From Octopus vulgaris (lineage: Eukaryota): DNA of 64,000 nucleotides. The stretch spans positions 96,844,001-96,908,000 of the forward strand of contig OX597817.1 of NCBI GenBank assembly GCA_951406725.2, written 5' to 3'. The notes under the pieces were generated by a model. That model searched no databases, was not told the DNA's origin, and saw nothing but the letters and a program-made list of their open reading frames with translations. Position 1 is the stretch's first letter; the number at the start of each line of letters is the position of its first letter. This document shows, one piece after another, positions 1 through 23,084 of the stretch. The translations under genes were made by a program, and so were the position numbers.

Positions 1-1298
1 ATGCTGGGGCACCGCCCTTGTTGCTACCCTCTCTAAGTCCAGTTTGCCGTGGCTGGCCACTGATCTAAGTGAGAGTTTGTAGCTGCTGCCCTTAGGTTAC
101 CTTTGTACCCTTTGCAGTGGCCCTCATCTGGGATCTCGGAAAGCAGCTTGTCTAGATGTTTTTTGAAAATGTCCACATCCGCATCATGTAGATCTCTTAG
201 TTTTCTTGGCAGTTTGTTGAAAAGCTGAGGGCCCCTGAACCCCAGGCTATTACAGTATCTGCTCCTTACCCTGGATGTGGAAGACGGGACCTTTGGCACC
301 ACACAGTGACGTCCTGTACGGTGATTGGAACAGCTCTCAATTCCAAAATTTGGTGCTAGTCCCTCCAAGATTTTCCATATGTATATCACTGCATATCTCT
401 CTCGTCTTCGTTCCAAGGAGTACAAATTGAGTTCCCTAAGCCTCTCCCAATAGTTCTTTTCTTTCATGGTGGAAATCCTCTTGGTGAAATGTCTTTGGAT
501 TGTCTCAAGCTCTGTGGTTAGTTTGACACTATGCAGTGACCACAGTTGGGAGCAGTAGTCCAGGCGGCTTAGGACAAATGTCCTCCATAGTATCAACATG
601 GTCTCGCAGTCTCTTGTCCGGAATGTCCTCAGGATCCAGCCAGTGAGTCGTCTGCACATTGTCGCCACCTTCGCGATGTGTGAAGAAAAAGATGCATCGT
701 CACTCATGTCTATCCCCAGGTCCCGTATTGATTTCGATACTGGGATTTCGATCCCTCCTGGACCAGTATAGTTGTGTTGTAATGTATATGTGTTTACAGC
801 TTGATATTGTAAGGCTTGAAATTTACCAGCATTAAATTGCATGTTGTTGTCTTCAGCCCATTTGTATATGGCATCCAGATCTTGTTGTAAAAGGTCAGCA
901 TCAGCTGGGTTTTTGATTGCCTGTGCTACCTTTGTGTCATCAGCATAGCTAGTGAGGGATGTTGTTTGTGCTACCAAGGGCATGTCAGAGAGCGCCACCA
1001 AAAACAGCAAGGGTCCCAAGACTGTGCCCTGTGGCACCCCGCTTGCTATTGGTGTCTTTCCCGAGAGGGCTCCATTGGCTGCAACCATCTGGCTTCTGTC
1101 CTTCAGGAAGTCATGTATCCACTCACCTACTTTTCCTGTTATGCCGAGTCTGAGTAATTTGTGACATATCATTCCGTGGTCGACTTTGTCAAAGGCCTTC
1201 GCAAAGTCGAGATATACCACATCCACCTGTGAGCGATCCAGTAGTTGTTTCAGTACCCAGTCGTAGTGTTGTAACAGCTGCGTAAGGCATTTCTTCAT
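1..1298 (-). mobile_element. CR1-group LINE, 3' part of ORF2 (reverse transcriptase) plus 3' tail
   Basis: ORF 33-1298 has [31 protein letters not shown] and [11 protein letters not shown] motifs. The 3' UTR motif GGCGGTGCCCCAGCAT lies at 1-16 (- strand). Confidence 0.93.
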
Positions 1299-3660
1299 GG
1301 TGGAAATCCTCTGGTGAAATGTCTTTGGATTGTCTCAAGCTTCTGTGGCTAGTTTGACACTATGCGGTGACCACAGTTGGGAGCAGTAGTCCAGGCGGCT
1401 TAGGACAAATGTCCTCCATAGTGTCAACATGGTCTCGCAGTCTCTGTCCGGAATGTCCTCGTGATCCAGCCAGTGAGTCGTCTGCACATTGTCACCACCT
1501 TCAAGTATGTGAAGAAAAAGATGCATCGTCACTCATGTCTATCCCTGTCCCGTATTGATTTCGATACTGGGATTTCGATCCCTCCTGGACCAGTATAGTT
1601 GTGTTGTAATGTATATGTGTTTACAGCTTGAAATTTACCACATTAAATGCATGTTGTTGTCTTCAGCCCATTTTTATATGGCATCCAGATCTTGTTGTAA
1701 AAGGTCAGCATCAGCTGGGTTTTTGATTGCCTTGTGTCAATGCATAGCTAGTGAGGGATGTTGTTTGTGCTACCAAGGGCATGTCAGAGAGCGCCACCAA
1801 AAACAGCAAGGGTCTCAAGACTGTGCCCTGTGGCACCCCGCTGCTATTGGTGTCTTTCCCGAGAGGGCTCCATTGGATGCAACCATCTGGCTTCTGTCCT
1901 TCAGGAAGTCATATATCCACTCACCTCATTTTTCTGTTATGCCGAGTCTGAGTAATTTGTGACATATCACTTCTCCGTGGTCGACTTTGTCAAAGGCCTT
2001 CGCAAAGTCGAGATATACCACATCCACCTGTGAGCGATCCAGTTGTTTCAGTACCCAGTCGTAGTGTTGTAACAGCTGCGTAAGGCAGCTTCTTCTGGCG
2101 AAAGCTGCTGTGTCGTGAGACGGTTAGTTTTCTTCGAGGAACGTGACTGCTTTTTTCTGATGATTCGTTCGATGACTCATTTATGTGTGACGTCAGGGAG
2201 ACTGGCCTGTAGTTTTTACCTGCTCTACCCCTCCTTTGTGGATAGGGCATATGGTGCCTCTTTTTAGCGCCCTGGGCAGTTTACCGCAGCCATGAACCAC
2301 TCGAAAGAGCTTCTCAGTGGTCCCGCTAGGGCATGCCTGGATGCTTAGAGGACTGCTGGGAATCCATCTGGTCCAGCAGCTGGAGTTTGCCTTCATTTCT
2401 TCTATGGCAGATATTGGCATCCCTCTGTTATGTCTATGTGGTCGATGGTTGTTGCTCTGGTTTTGGAGGTTGTGGCATCAAAGAAAACTTGGGTTTGTGA
2501 TTTGCATGTGCCCAGAGGGGATGTGAACACACTTTTATACTGTTCCTTTAGTATTTCACTTATCCCTTGGGGGGTCCTCAGTTAGAGAGCCTATTTTATC
2601 AAACGTGCAGTGTACCGGTGGTTTCTTTCACAAATTTAAAGAAGGCTGTAGGGTTTGTTTTAATATTCTCTATGGCCCTGGTTTCTCTCTCTGCCCTCTC
2701 CTTCATAGAAAGTTTGAGTGCAGTTTCCGTTTCAAAAAGTTTCAGGTGGAGTCCCTCATTGTTTCTCTGCCGTGCATTCAGTTGTACGAGAGCTTAGCTC
2801 TTCGCCTCATAAGTATTTCGTTCTGGCTTTTTCTCCGGGACAAAACTTATGGCATATGTTCTGTATTGTTGTCATGAAATGTTGGAAATGTGTGTTGGTG
2901 TCTTGTGGTGATGAAGTCACTCCAGTCATGTTTTCGGATCTCTTTGTTGATCTTCAGGTTGCCTTATGGAAGTTTAGACTGATAGGCCTGTGCATTTTCT
3001 AATGGCTGCGTCTGCCACTCTCTCATACCATATCATTCTTACCAAGTTGTAATCTGAGAGAATTGTTGGTGTTGCCATTATGTTGTGGATGAGCATCAAG
3101 CTGTTTTTGTGGAAACAGAGGTCCAAGACATTCTCACTTCCTGTTGGCCGAAGCACTGCTTGCTCCATGAAAACTTTGCGTGTGAGAGCCAACAAGGACT
3201 CTGTCTGTCTCTGTTCAAGTGATGTCATTCCAGGGAGGAGATGGCCATCTGGCCATTTGACTTTCGGAAGGTTAAACTTCCCAGCAGTAGAATGGTGTTA
3301 CCCTGGTCCAGTTGTCCAGGACTTCTATTCTTCTGAGGCTATCTTCAAACACTCCTTCATGACTAGGGGTGTCTGGTGGCCGATATGTGACACATATTAC
3401 TATTTTCGGTTGTTTCCATGTGCACTATCAGTGTGTCAGCAGACTGAGTTTGAGTGTGTCAACAGTACTATGGGTGCATTTTCACGGACGTGTTAGGCAA
3501 CCCCACCATGAGTTCTTTCCTTCCTGTCTGACCGAAAAACAGTTTACTTTGGTATGTGTATTTCTGCATCTGCTATACTGCTTGACAGGTGCGTTTCAGT
3601 CAGCGCTATGCATATTGCATGGTTGCTTGTGTTTAAGTCCCAAAGGTAAGGAATTTTACT
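1290..3660 (-). mobile_element. Frameshifted copy/continuation of the same LINE (RT back to the endonuclease region)
   Basis: 1290-2090 repeats ~461-1289 with many indels. Further on are KNYRPVSLTSHI and VLRPT..NVLDLCF fragments homologous to the 9742-12846 ORF. Confidence 0.85.
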
Positions 3661-3678
3661 CATATTAGTGGGTTTCAC

Positions 3679-6340
<2,662 letters not shown>

Positions 6341-6344
<4 letters not shown>

Positions 6345-7883
6345 TGATTGATTGATTGATTGATTCTAGTTTCAGCTTATGAGCTGTGGCCATGCTGGGG
6401 CACCGCCATTTGGTGTTGCTACTTGGTTTCACTTCATGGAGGCTTTCTAGCAACTGCTATTTGGTGCATGAGAGATATATGCAGCTGCCCTCATCTGCCC
6501 CTCCTGCCGTGAAGTTGGTTCATCTGGGACACCTGACAGGAAGAGATCCAGCTTCATTTTAAAGACATCTGTATCCACCCCATGCAGGTCTCTCAGGTTC
6601 TTCGGGAGGATATTGAAGAGCTGTGGGCCTCGGAAGCCCAGGCTATCACAGAATCTTGTCCTACATCTTGATGGCAGGTTTGGAGTCCTAGGCACCACGC
6701 AGTGGCGCCCAGTTCTGGCATTTGCGTAACTCTCGATGCCAAAGTTCAGGACACTTCCCTCCAGGATCTTCCAGATGTATATTATGGCATATCTTTCCCG
6801 CCTACGCTCCAGGGAATATAATTTTAATCTCTTGAGTCTTTCCCAGTAGCTTACATTCTGCATAGAGGCTATCTTCTTTGTGTAGCTTCGTTGGATCGCC
6901 TCAAGTTCTGTGATCAACTTGACACTGGATGGTGACCATAGCTGAGAGCAATAGTCAAAGTGGCTTAGGACAAGTGTCTTCCAGAGGACCATCATGGTTT
7001 CTTGTTCTCTGTTCTAAAGGTTCTAAGAATCCATCCAGCCAGCCGTCTACATTTCATTGTCAGTTTAGCAACATGTACATGAAAGGTCGCGTCATCACTC
7101 ATGTGAATACCCAGGTCACGCACTGATTGTGCCTCTGGGATTGCAATCCCTCCGGGTCCAGTGTATTCATTGGGTATTGCATTCAGTTTTGCATGCTGAT
7201 AGTATAAAGCTTGAAACTTTCCAGCATTGAACTGCATGCTATTCTTTTCAGCCCACTTGTATATTTCGTCCAGCTCACATTGCAGGTGTTTAGTGTCCTC
7301 AGGGTTCTGTATTGCCTGTGAAACTTTTGTATCATCTGCATAACTTGTGATCGTGGCTCTCTGCGTGGCTGAGGGCATGTCTGAGAGGGCCATTATGAAC
7401 AGTAGTGGTCCCAGAACAGTGCCCTGCGGAACACCGCTCACTATTTGTGTGTTAATGGAGGTGGCCCCATTGGCTACTACCACCTGACTTCTATCCTTCA
7501 GAAAGTCATGAAGCCATTCTCCCAGTTTTCCAACTATGTTGAGATCACGCAGTTTGTGACATATCATTCCATGATCGACTTTATCAAAGGCCTTTGCAAA
7601 GTCGAGATATATCACTTCCACATTTGAGTGGTTGAGCAGCCGTTTCAGCACCCAGTCATAGTGTTGTAGGAGCTGAGTTAAACAGCTTCTCCTGGTCGGA
7701 AACCATGTTGGGTGTCGGGCAGCAAGTCATTCTCTTCAAGGAAGGTGATCAGCTTCCTTCTGACTATTCGTTCCATGACCTTGCTGATGTGTGAGGTCAG
7801 AGAGATAGGTCTATAGTTCTTGGCTTCCGCTCTGCTACCTCCTTTATGAATGGGGCATATTTTACCTTCCTTCAGTTTTCCTG
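6341..7883 (-). mobile_element. 5'-truncated CR1-group LINE, near-identical inverted copy of 11393-12935, with (ATCA)n tail
   Basis: The ORF-track peptides match the C-terminal half of the 1034-aa ORF apart from single-base indels. (TGAT)n at 6341-6365. Flanked by (AT)n on both sides. Confidence 0.96.
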
Positions 7884-7885
7884 AA

Positions 7886-9683
<1,798 letters not shown>

Positions 9684-12600
9684 CACAAACAGCCAACATG
9701 ATGTTGTCGAAAGAGCAGTTGCTGAGCAACAATCTTTTTTTGTGCATGGCACAAAAGATTGTACAGCAGCTGACCTGGCTTCATCAAACCCAAGCCCGCA
9801 TGTGGGACTACCCACTATATACCAGACCACCACAGCAAACAGACACAGGATGGACACCGCCGGCAACAACATACACCTCACCTCGATACTCCTACTGAAC
9901 ATCAGAGGACTGCAAACACTCAGTAACAGGACAAAGATCCCGTTCCTGAGAGACTTTGTTGCATGCAATCAAGCCTTATGCATAGCACTTACAGAAACGC
10001 ACCTGAATCCGGACATAGCAGATGCGGAGTTACACATACCACAGTATGCTGTACTACGGACCGACAGGAAAGAAAGGAGTCATGGAGGTGTTGCTATGTA
10101 CATCCGTGAGGACCTCACACCCCAGGTCCTCTTGTCATACTCAAACTCGGTGTGTGACACACTAATTGTACATATTAGGCAACTTGATGTAGTTGTGTGT
10201 GCTACATATCGCCCTCCAGATGCCCCAAGCCATGTGGGCAAGTTTGAAGACTGCCTTATAAAAATAGAAGAAATTCTAACCACATTAGAACAACACATAG
10301 GTGTGCTTCTTATGGGAGACTTCAATCTGCCCAATGTCAGATGGCCCGAGGGCCTTTCTCTCCCAGGAATGACAAGATGTGAACGAGGACAGGCGAGGTC
10401 CCTCCTGAACCTCATCAACACCCTGTACATGGAGCAGGTAATACTCCAACCAACCAGGGCAGGTAACACACTGGATCTCTGCTTCACAAATGACATGGAT
10501 CTCATCCATAATGTGAAAGTGACACCGACACTACTCTCGGATCACAACATGATAGAGCTGACCATGTACGGGCCAAAAGAGAGCACGGACATGCAGCCTA
10601 CAAGAAACCCTCAAAATCTTTCCAGCTTGAACTACCATAAGGCAAACTGGAAACAAATTGAGAAAGAGATCCTCAAACAAAACTGGCCTAAATGTCTCTC
10701 CTCGCCAGACATCGACGTGAAACTTCAACAATTCATGTCTGTAATGCAAGCCATATGCTACAAATGTGTCCCAGAGAGAAAGGCCACTGTACACAAGAAC
10801 AAAATCCCCAGAGAGAGGAAAATTTTAATGAGACGGCGTACGAAATTTTCAAATCGCCTAAACAAACAGATTGAAAGCAGTGAAAAGTCCCGCCTAAAAA
10901 TAAAACTGTTGGAAATCGAAAAATGTCTGCAACTCTCCCATGAAAAAGAAAGAGCAGACAAAGAAGCCTGGGCTATAGAAAACATAAAATCTAACCCCAG
11001 AGCTTTCTACAGGTATGCCAAAGAAACAGCTACAGTGCACTGTAGAATAGGGCCACTCCTCGAAAAGGATGGCACACTTACAGGAAAACCAATGAGGGTA
11101 AGTGAAATACTGAATGAGCAATTCAAGAGTGTTTTCACTCCACCCCTTGGGCATCTCCAAATCACCAATCCAACTGACTTTTTTACCACTGCAGATATAA
11201 AATCAGAGGCGGCGACGATAGATTACATCGATATAAAGGAAGACGATGTAACCAAGGCTATAGATGAAATGAAAACAGACTCAGCTACTGGCCCCGATGG
11301 ATTCCCGGCAATCCTCCTAAAAGCATGTAAGAGAGTCCTAGCAAGACCACTGCAGTTCCTCTTTCAGAGCTTCCTTGCAGCTGGCAAACTTCCAGGAAAA
11401 CTGAAGGAAGGTAAAATATGCCCCATTCATAAAGGAGGTAGCAGAGCGGAAGCCAAGAACTATAGACCTATCTCTCTGACCTCACACATCAGCAAGGTCA
11501 TGGAACGAATAGTCAGAAGGAAGCTGATCACCTTCCTTGAAGAGAATGACTTGCTGCCCGACACCCAACATGGTTTCCGACCAGGGAGAAGCTGTTTAAC
11601 TCAGCTCCTACAACACTATGACTGGGTGCTGAAACGGCTGCTCAACCACTCAAATGTGGAAGTGATATATCTCGACTTTGCAAAGGCCTTTGATAAAGTC
11701 GATCATGGAATGATATGTCACAAACTGCGTGATCTCAACATAGTTGGAAAACTGGGAGAATGGCTTCATGACTTTCTGAAGGATAGAAGTCAGGTGGTAG
11801 TAGCCAATGGGGCCACCTCCATTAACACACAAATAGTGAGCGGTGTTCCGCAGGGCACTGTTCTGGGACCACTACTGTTCATAATGGCCCTCTCAGACAT
11901 GCCCTCAGCCACGCAGAGAGCCACGATCACAAGTTATGCAGATGATACAAAAGTTTCACAGGCAATACAGAACCCTGAGGACACTAAACACCTGCAATGT
12001 GAGCTGGACGAAATATACAAGTGGGCTGAAAAGAATAGCATGCAGTTCAATGCTGGAAAGTTTCAAGCTTTATACTATCAGCATGCAAAACTGAATGCAA
12101 TACCCAATGAATACACTGGACCCGGAGGGATTGCAATCCCAGAGGCACAATCAGTGCGTGACCTGGGTATTCACATGAGTGATGACGCGACCTTTCATGT
12201 ACATGTTGCTAAACTGACAATGAAATGTAGACGGCTGGCTGGATGGATTCTTAGAACCTTTAGAACAAGAGAACAAGAAACCATGATGGTCCTCTGGAAG
12301 ACACTTGTCCTAAGCCACTTTGACTATTGCTCTCAGCTATGGTCACCATCCAGTGTCAAGTTGATCACAGAACTTGAGGCGATCCAACGAAGCTACACAA
12401 AGAAGATAGCCTCTATGCAGAATGTAAGCTACTGGGAAAGACTCAAGAGATTAAAATTATATTCCCTGGAGCGTAGGCGGGAAAGATATGCCATAATATA
12501 CATCTGGAAGATCCTGGAGGGAAGTGTCCTGAACTTTGGCATCGAGAGTTACGCAAATGCCAGAACTGGGCGCCACTGCGTGGTGCCTAGGACTCCAAAC

Positions 12601-12935
12601 CTGCCATCAAGATGTAGGACAAGATTCTGTGATAGCCTGGGCTTCCGAGGCCCACAGCTCTTCAATATCCTCCCGAAGAACCTGAGAGACCTGCATGGGG
12701 TGGATACAGATGTCTTTAAAATGAAGCTGGATCTCTTCCTGTCAGGTGTCCCAGATGAACCAACTTCACGGCAGGAGGGGCAGATGAGGGCAGCTGCATC
12801 GAACTCTCTCATGCACCAAATAGCAGTTGCTAGAAAGCCTCCATGAAGTGAAACCAAGTAGCAACACCAAATGGCGGTGCCCCAGCATGGCCACAGCTCA
12901 TAAGCTGAAACTAGAATCAATCAATCAATCAATCA
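9684..12935 (+). mobile_element. CR1-group non-LTR retrotransposon with intact ORF2, embedded in (AT)n
   Basis: Single long ORF, ~65-nt 3' UTR and (ATCA)n tail. (AT)n on both sides. No ORF1 visible, so probably 5'-truncated. Confidence 0.95.
9742..12846 (+). CDS. LINE ORF2: APE endonuclease + reverse transcriptase (first in-frame ATG at 9850)
   Basis: APE motifs LLNIRGL, ALTETHL, YRPP, MGDFN, TLDL, SDH. RT motifs [37 protein letters not shown]. No stops in 1034 codons. Confidence 0.96.
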   Translation: MHGTKDCTAADLASSNPSPHVGLPTIYQTTTANRHRMDTAGNNIHLTSILLLNIRGLQTLSNRTKIPFLRDFVACNQALCIALTETHLNPDIADAELHIPQYAVLRTDRKERSHGGVAMYIREDLTPQVLLSYSNSVCDTLIVHIRQLDVVVCATYRPPDAPSHVGKFEDCLIKIEEILTTLEQHIGVLLMGDFNLPNVRWPEGLSLPGMTRCERGQARSLLNLINTLYMEQVILQPTRAGNTLDLCFTNDMDLIHNVKVTPTLLSDHNMIELTMYGPKESTDMQPTRNPQNLSSLNYHKANWKQIEKEILKQNWPKCLSSPDIDVKLQQFMSVMQAICYKCVPERKATVHKNKIPRERKILMRRRTKFSNRLNKQIESSEKSRLKIKLLEIEKCLQLSHEKERADKEAWAIENIKSNPRAFYRYAKETATVHCRIGPLLEKDGTLTGKPMRVSEILNEQFKSVFTPPLGHLQITNPTDFFTTADIKSEAATIDYIDIKEDDVTKAIDEMKTDSATGPDGFPAILLKACKRVLARPLQFLFQSFLAAGKLPGKLKEGKICPIHKGGSRAEAKNYRPISLTSHISKVMERIVRRKLITFLEENDLLPDTQHGFRPGRSCLTQLLQHYDWVLKRLLNHSNVEVIYLDFAKAFDKVDHGMICHKLRDLNIVGKLGEWLHDFLKDRSQVVVANGATSINTQIVSGVPQGTVLGPLLFIMALSDMPSATQRATITSYADDTKVSQAIQNPEDTKHLQCELDEIYKWAEKNSMQFNAGKFQALYYQHAKLNAIPNEYTGPGGIAIPEAQSVRDLGIHMSDDATFHVHVAKLTMKCRRLAGWILRTFRTREQETMMVLWKTLVLSHFDYCSQLWSPSSVKLITELEAIQRSYTKKIASMQNVSYWERLKRLKLYSLERRRERYAIIYIWKILEGSVLNFGIESYANARTGRHCVVPRTPNLPSRCRTRFCDSLGFRGPQLFNILPKNLRDLHGVDTDVFKMKLDLFLSGVPDEPTSRQEGQMRAAASNSLMHQIAVARKPP

Positions 12936-14554
<1,619 letters not shown>

Positions 14555-14574
14555 GCATGTTGCTTTTCTATAGA

Positions 14575-14795
14575 GGCGCAATGGCCTAGTGGTTAGGGCA
14601 GCGGACCCGCGGTCGCAGGATCGCGGTTTCGATTCTCAGACCGGGCGTTTTGTGTGTTTATTGAGCGAAAACACCTAAAAGCCCTACGAGGCTCCGGCAG
14701 GGGGTGGTGATCCCTGCTGTACTCTTTCACCACAATGGCGGTGCCCCAGCATACAGCTCAAGAGCTGAAACTGGAAAAACAAAACAAAAAACAAA
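14575..14795 (+). mobile_element. tRNA-derived SINE with LINE-like 3' tail (copy 1)
   Basis: A box TGGCCTAGTGG and B box GGTTTCGATTC. The 3' end AATGGCGGTGCCCCAGCAT..ACAGCTCA..AGCTGAAACT matches the LINE 3' UTR. A-rich tail. Confidence 0.88.
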
Positions 14796-15965
<1,170 letters not shown>

Positions 15966-16034
15966 TCCTCGGTAGTATAGTGGTGGCATCCCCGCCTGTC
16001 ACGCGGAGACCGGGGTACGATTCCCGCCGGGGAG
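15966..16034 (+). tRNA. tRNA-Asp(GTC) gene or recent retrocopy (a few single-base deletions, possibly read error)
   Basis: TCCTCGGTAGTATAGTGGTGGCATCCCCGCCTGTCACGCGGAGACCGGGGTACGATTCCCGCCGGGGAG. Acceptor stem TCCTCGG/CCGGGGA, GTC anticodon, T5 run ~9 nt downstream. Confidence 0.75.
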
Positions 16035-16054
16035 GCATGTTATTTTTCTATAGA

Positions 16055-17063
<1,009 letters not shown>

Positions 17064-17213
17064 CATTTATATATAATGATAACTAACTGTATATAACTAA
17101 CTCTGATATTTATCATTGTTTTATTTCACTTTTTCAATATCAGCGACAGTGGACGCTGGAAAAAGTATAAGTATTTGTGAAGGAAATTCATTCTCGGCGA
17201 CAACTATGATTGT

Positions 17214-17258
17214 CACACGCTGACGAGAGGTCAATACCTCGAAACTCGAGTCCGTGTG
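17214..17258 (+). ncRNA. Type I hammerhead ribozyme, canonical core
   Basis: CACACG-CTGACGA-GAGGT-CAAT-ACCTC-GAA-ACTCGAGT-C-CGTGTG. Perfect stems I and II, palindromic stem III, GUC site at 17250-17252. Confidence 0.92.
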
Positions 17259-17566
17259 TATCATAAGTTGAAGACGGGAGGGATGACTTCCTTTGCAAAT
17301 ACTGACAGGACACAGAAAGTGTGTCTATGGCCAGCTGGAGGAGTGTGTCCTCCTGGGGCTTAAAACTACAGTAGCATCCACCCTTAGGGGTTAGCCATAT
17401 TGAAATGGCAAAAATACGTCATGATGTGTTACCGCTACTGTATATAACTAACTCTGATATTTATCATTGTTTGATTTCACTTTTTTCAATATCAGCGACA
17501 GTGGACGCTGGAAAAAGTATAAGTATTTGTGAAGGAAATCTAACTCTCGGCGACAACTATGATTGT

Positions 17567-17611
17567 CACACGCTGACGAGAGGTCAATACCTCGAAACTC
17601 GAGTCCGTGTG
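17567..17611 (+). ncRNA. Type I hammerhead ribozyme, canonical core (second copy)
   Basis: Identical to 17214-17258. Predicted cleavage after 17605. Confidence 0.92.
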
Positions 17612-17772
17612 TATCATAAGTTGAAGACGGGAAGGATGACTTCCTTTGCAAATACTGACAGGACACAGAAAGTGTGTCTATGGCCAGCTGGAGGAGTGTG
17701 TCCTCCTGGGGCTAAAAACTCACAGTAGCATCCACCCTTAGGGGTTAGCCATATTGAAATGGCAAAAATACG

Positions 17773-18026
<254 letters not shown>

Positions 18027-18038
18027 ATATATATATAT

Positions 18039-18233
18039 GTGAATTTCCGAGCGCGAGCAAGATAGGTGTTTGAACTGCTATTTTGAATTCTTTACTGACC
18101 ATTCATAATTTTATCAAATTTCTCTATCTGTCTATCTTATCTAATCTTATTCATTTCATTTCTCCTCGTATATAATCAACATTCGTATCTTCGCGCCATC
18201 TTGAAGCCTTTCCTCTCTAATACACATGTGCTA

Positions 18234-18267
<34 letters not shown>

Positions 18268-19136
18268 ATCTACAAGCTGTGAATTTCCGAGCGCGAGCAA
18301 GATAGGTGTTTGAACTGCTATTTTGAATTCTTTACTGACCATTCATAATTTTATCAAATTTCTCTATCTGTCTATCTTATCTAATCTTATTCATTTCATT
18401 TCTCCTCGTATATAATCAACATTCGTATCTTCGCACCATCTTGAAGCCTTTCCTCTCTAATACATATGTGCTATCTCTCTCTCTCTCTCTTTCTCTCTCA
18501 TCTGCAAGCTGTGAATTTCCCGAGCGTGAGCAAGATAGGTGTTTGAACTGCTATTTTGAATTCTTTACTGACCATTCATAATTTTATCAAATTTCTCTAT
18601 CTGTCTATCTTATCTAATCTTATTCATTTCATTTCTCCTCGTATATAATCAACATTCGTATCTTCGCTCCATCTTGAAGCCTTTCCTCTCTAATACATAT
18701 GTGCTATCTCTCTCTCTCTCTCTTTCTCTCTCTCATCTGCAAGCTGTGAATTTCCGAGCGCGAGCAAGATAGGTGTTTGAACTGCTATTTTGAATTCTTT
18801 ACTGACCATTCATAATTTTATCAAATCTCTCTATCTGTCTATCTTATCTAATCTTATTCATTTCATTTCATTTCTCCTCGTATATAATCAACATTCGTAT
18901 CTTCGCGCCATCTTGAAGCCTTTCCTCTCTAATACACATGTGCTATCTCTCTCTCTCTCTCTCTTTCTCTCTCATCTACAAGCTGTGAATTTCCGAGCGC
19001 GAGCAAGATAGGTGTTTGAACTGCTATTTAAATTCTTTACTGACCATTCATAATTTTATCAAATTTCTCTATCTGTCTATCTTATCTAATCTTATTTCAT
19101 TTCTCCTCGTATATAATCAACATTCGTATCTTCGCG
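18039..19136. repeat. Tandem satellite, ~236-bp unit x4.6, with internal (CT)n
   Basis: Units begin GTGAATTTCCGAGCGCGAGC at 18039, 18279, 18511, 18746 and 18985. Confidence 0.96.
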
Positions 19137-19394
19137 GTGCACCCGCCCTACCCACCCACCCCCACCCCCAATACCGGATATCTATATTTTTGCTCCATCT
19201 ATACCGGATGTCGCTTCTCCCCCCACCATTATAGGTGTCTACTCTTCGAACCCCCACCCCTCTTCAATACGCTATTTCACCATGCATTACCCCTCTCTCA
19301 ATATCCTACGTTCTACTTGCCTAGAACCTGTCATCATTTCTCTGAACCACCCCTCCCCACTGGTGCTCCCCTATATTTCTGCACCCCCCCCCCC

Positions 19395-21610
<2,216 letters not shown>

Positions 21611-21694
21611 TAGTTAATCCAAACATGAAAGCACAAAAAAATGTGAGGACGTGGAACAAATATAGTATTATTGGACGCTCAGGAAAGAAGGACG

Positions 21695-21729
21695 GTTTAA
21701 TGTTTCGAGCGGAGCTCTTCTTCGGAAAC
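21695..21729 (-). ncRNA. Minimal type I hammerhead-like motif (U4C, degenerate stem III)
   Basis: Minus strand: GTTT-CCGAAGA-AGAGC-TCC-GCTC-GAA-ACAT-T-AAAC. Stem I GTTT/AAAC. Confidence 0.55.
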
Positions 21730-21875
21730 ATAGGAAAAGGAAAGATCCAGAGAAGGGAAGACAGAGGTAAAAATCTCCAACGGTACACACGCGGTCACAT
21801 TTTGAATGCGAATATATATATATATAAATAAATACATATTTATATATGTAAATAAATACATATATATATATAAAT

Positions 21876-21906
<31 letters not shown>

Positions 21907-21909
21907 AAT

Positions 21910-21942
<33 letters not shown>

Positions 21943-22206
21943 AATACATACATATATATATATATATACATATAAATACATATATATATATATACATATA
22001 CTTATATATATGTATATATACGTACATATATGTATATATACGTACATATATATATATATATATACTTATATATATGTATATATACGTACATATATTCATA
22101 TATATATACATACATATATATATATACACATACATATATTTATATATGAATATATATATATGTGTTTGTGTGTGTGTGTATATATATATATATATACACA
22201 CACATA

Positions 22207-22246
<40 letters not shown>

Positions 22247-22251
22247 CATAT

Positions 22252-22877
22252 ACGCGTATGTAGCTGCCGGTCAAGTAGTGTGGAGCGACTGACCTCCCTT
22301 GTTCGAAGGTTATATGGATACAGTTTGTGTATCAAATAGCTAACTTAAGGCGATGGCCTCATGGAGCTAATAAGCGGACAGCTTTTTTCTTATTTTTATA
22401 AGAATGCCATATTAGTATGGCGATAACTATTATTTTCCGGGAACGCTGCCGCTGTTCTCTTTTAGAGAGACTTAGTTATTTTAATATTTCTATTATTGAA
22501 AACAAGTGGATGTATTCCACCGAAACTAGGTAAATAAAACCATCGAACAGAGATTGTCGGAAGCGACACCTACTGGCTGGCTACGCTGCATTGAAAAGGG
22601 GCAATACCCCGAAACGCATCTGTAGCTGCCGGTCAAGTAGTGTGGAGCGACTGACCTCCCTTGTTCGAAGGTTATATGGATACAGTTTGTGTATCAAATA
22701 GCTAACTTAAGGCGATGGCCTCATGGAGCTAATAAGCGGACAGCTTTTTTCTTATTTTTTCTTATTTTTCTTATTTTTATAAGAATGCCATATTAGTATG
22801 GCGATAACTATTATTTTCCGGGAACGCTGCCGCTGTTCTCTTTTAGAGAGACTTAGTTATTTTAATATTTCTATTAT
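22252..22877 (+). repeat. Tandem 362-bp unit x1.7 containing a hammerhead
   Basis: TGTAGCTGCCGGTCAAGTAGTG at 22259 and 22621. Flanked by (AT)/(AC) microsatellite. Confidence 0.93.
22585..22626 (+). ncRNA. Type I hammerhead ribozyme, U3-A8 variant
   Basis: GCTGCA-TTGAAAA-GGGG-CAATA-CCCC-GAA-ACGCAT-C-TGTAGC. Stem I GCTGCA/TGTAGC (one G-U), stem II GGGG/CCCC. Confidence 0.8.
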
Positions 22878-22979
22878 ATATATATACACATACATATATT
22901 TATATATATATATATATATATATATAAACACATACATATATTTATATATAAATATATATATTTATATATATAAATATAT

Positions 22980-23050
<71 letters not shown>

Positions 23051-23084
23051 CATACATGCATAACTTAGAATAACTTTAAAAGAT

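Noticed and set aside
14575-14650. Second tRNA gene after tRNA-Asp
   Set aside because: Has A and B boxes but no proper cloverleaf; it is the SINE head.
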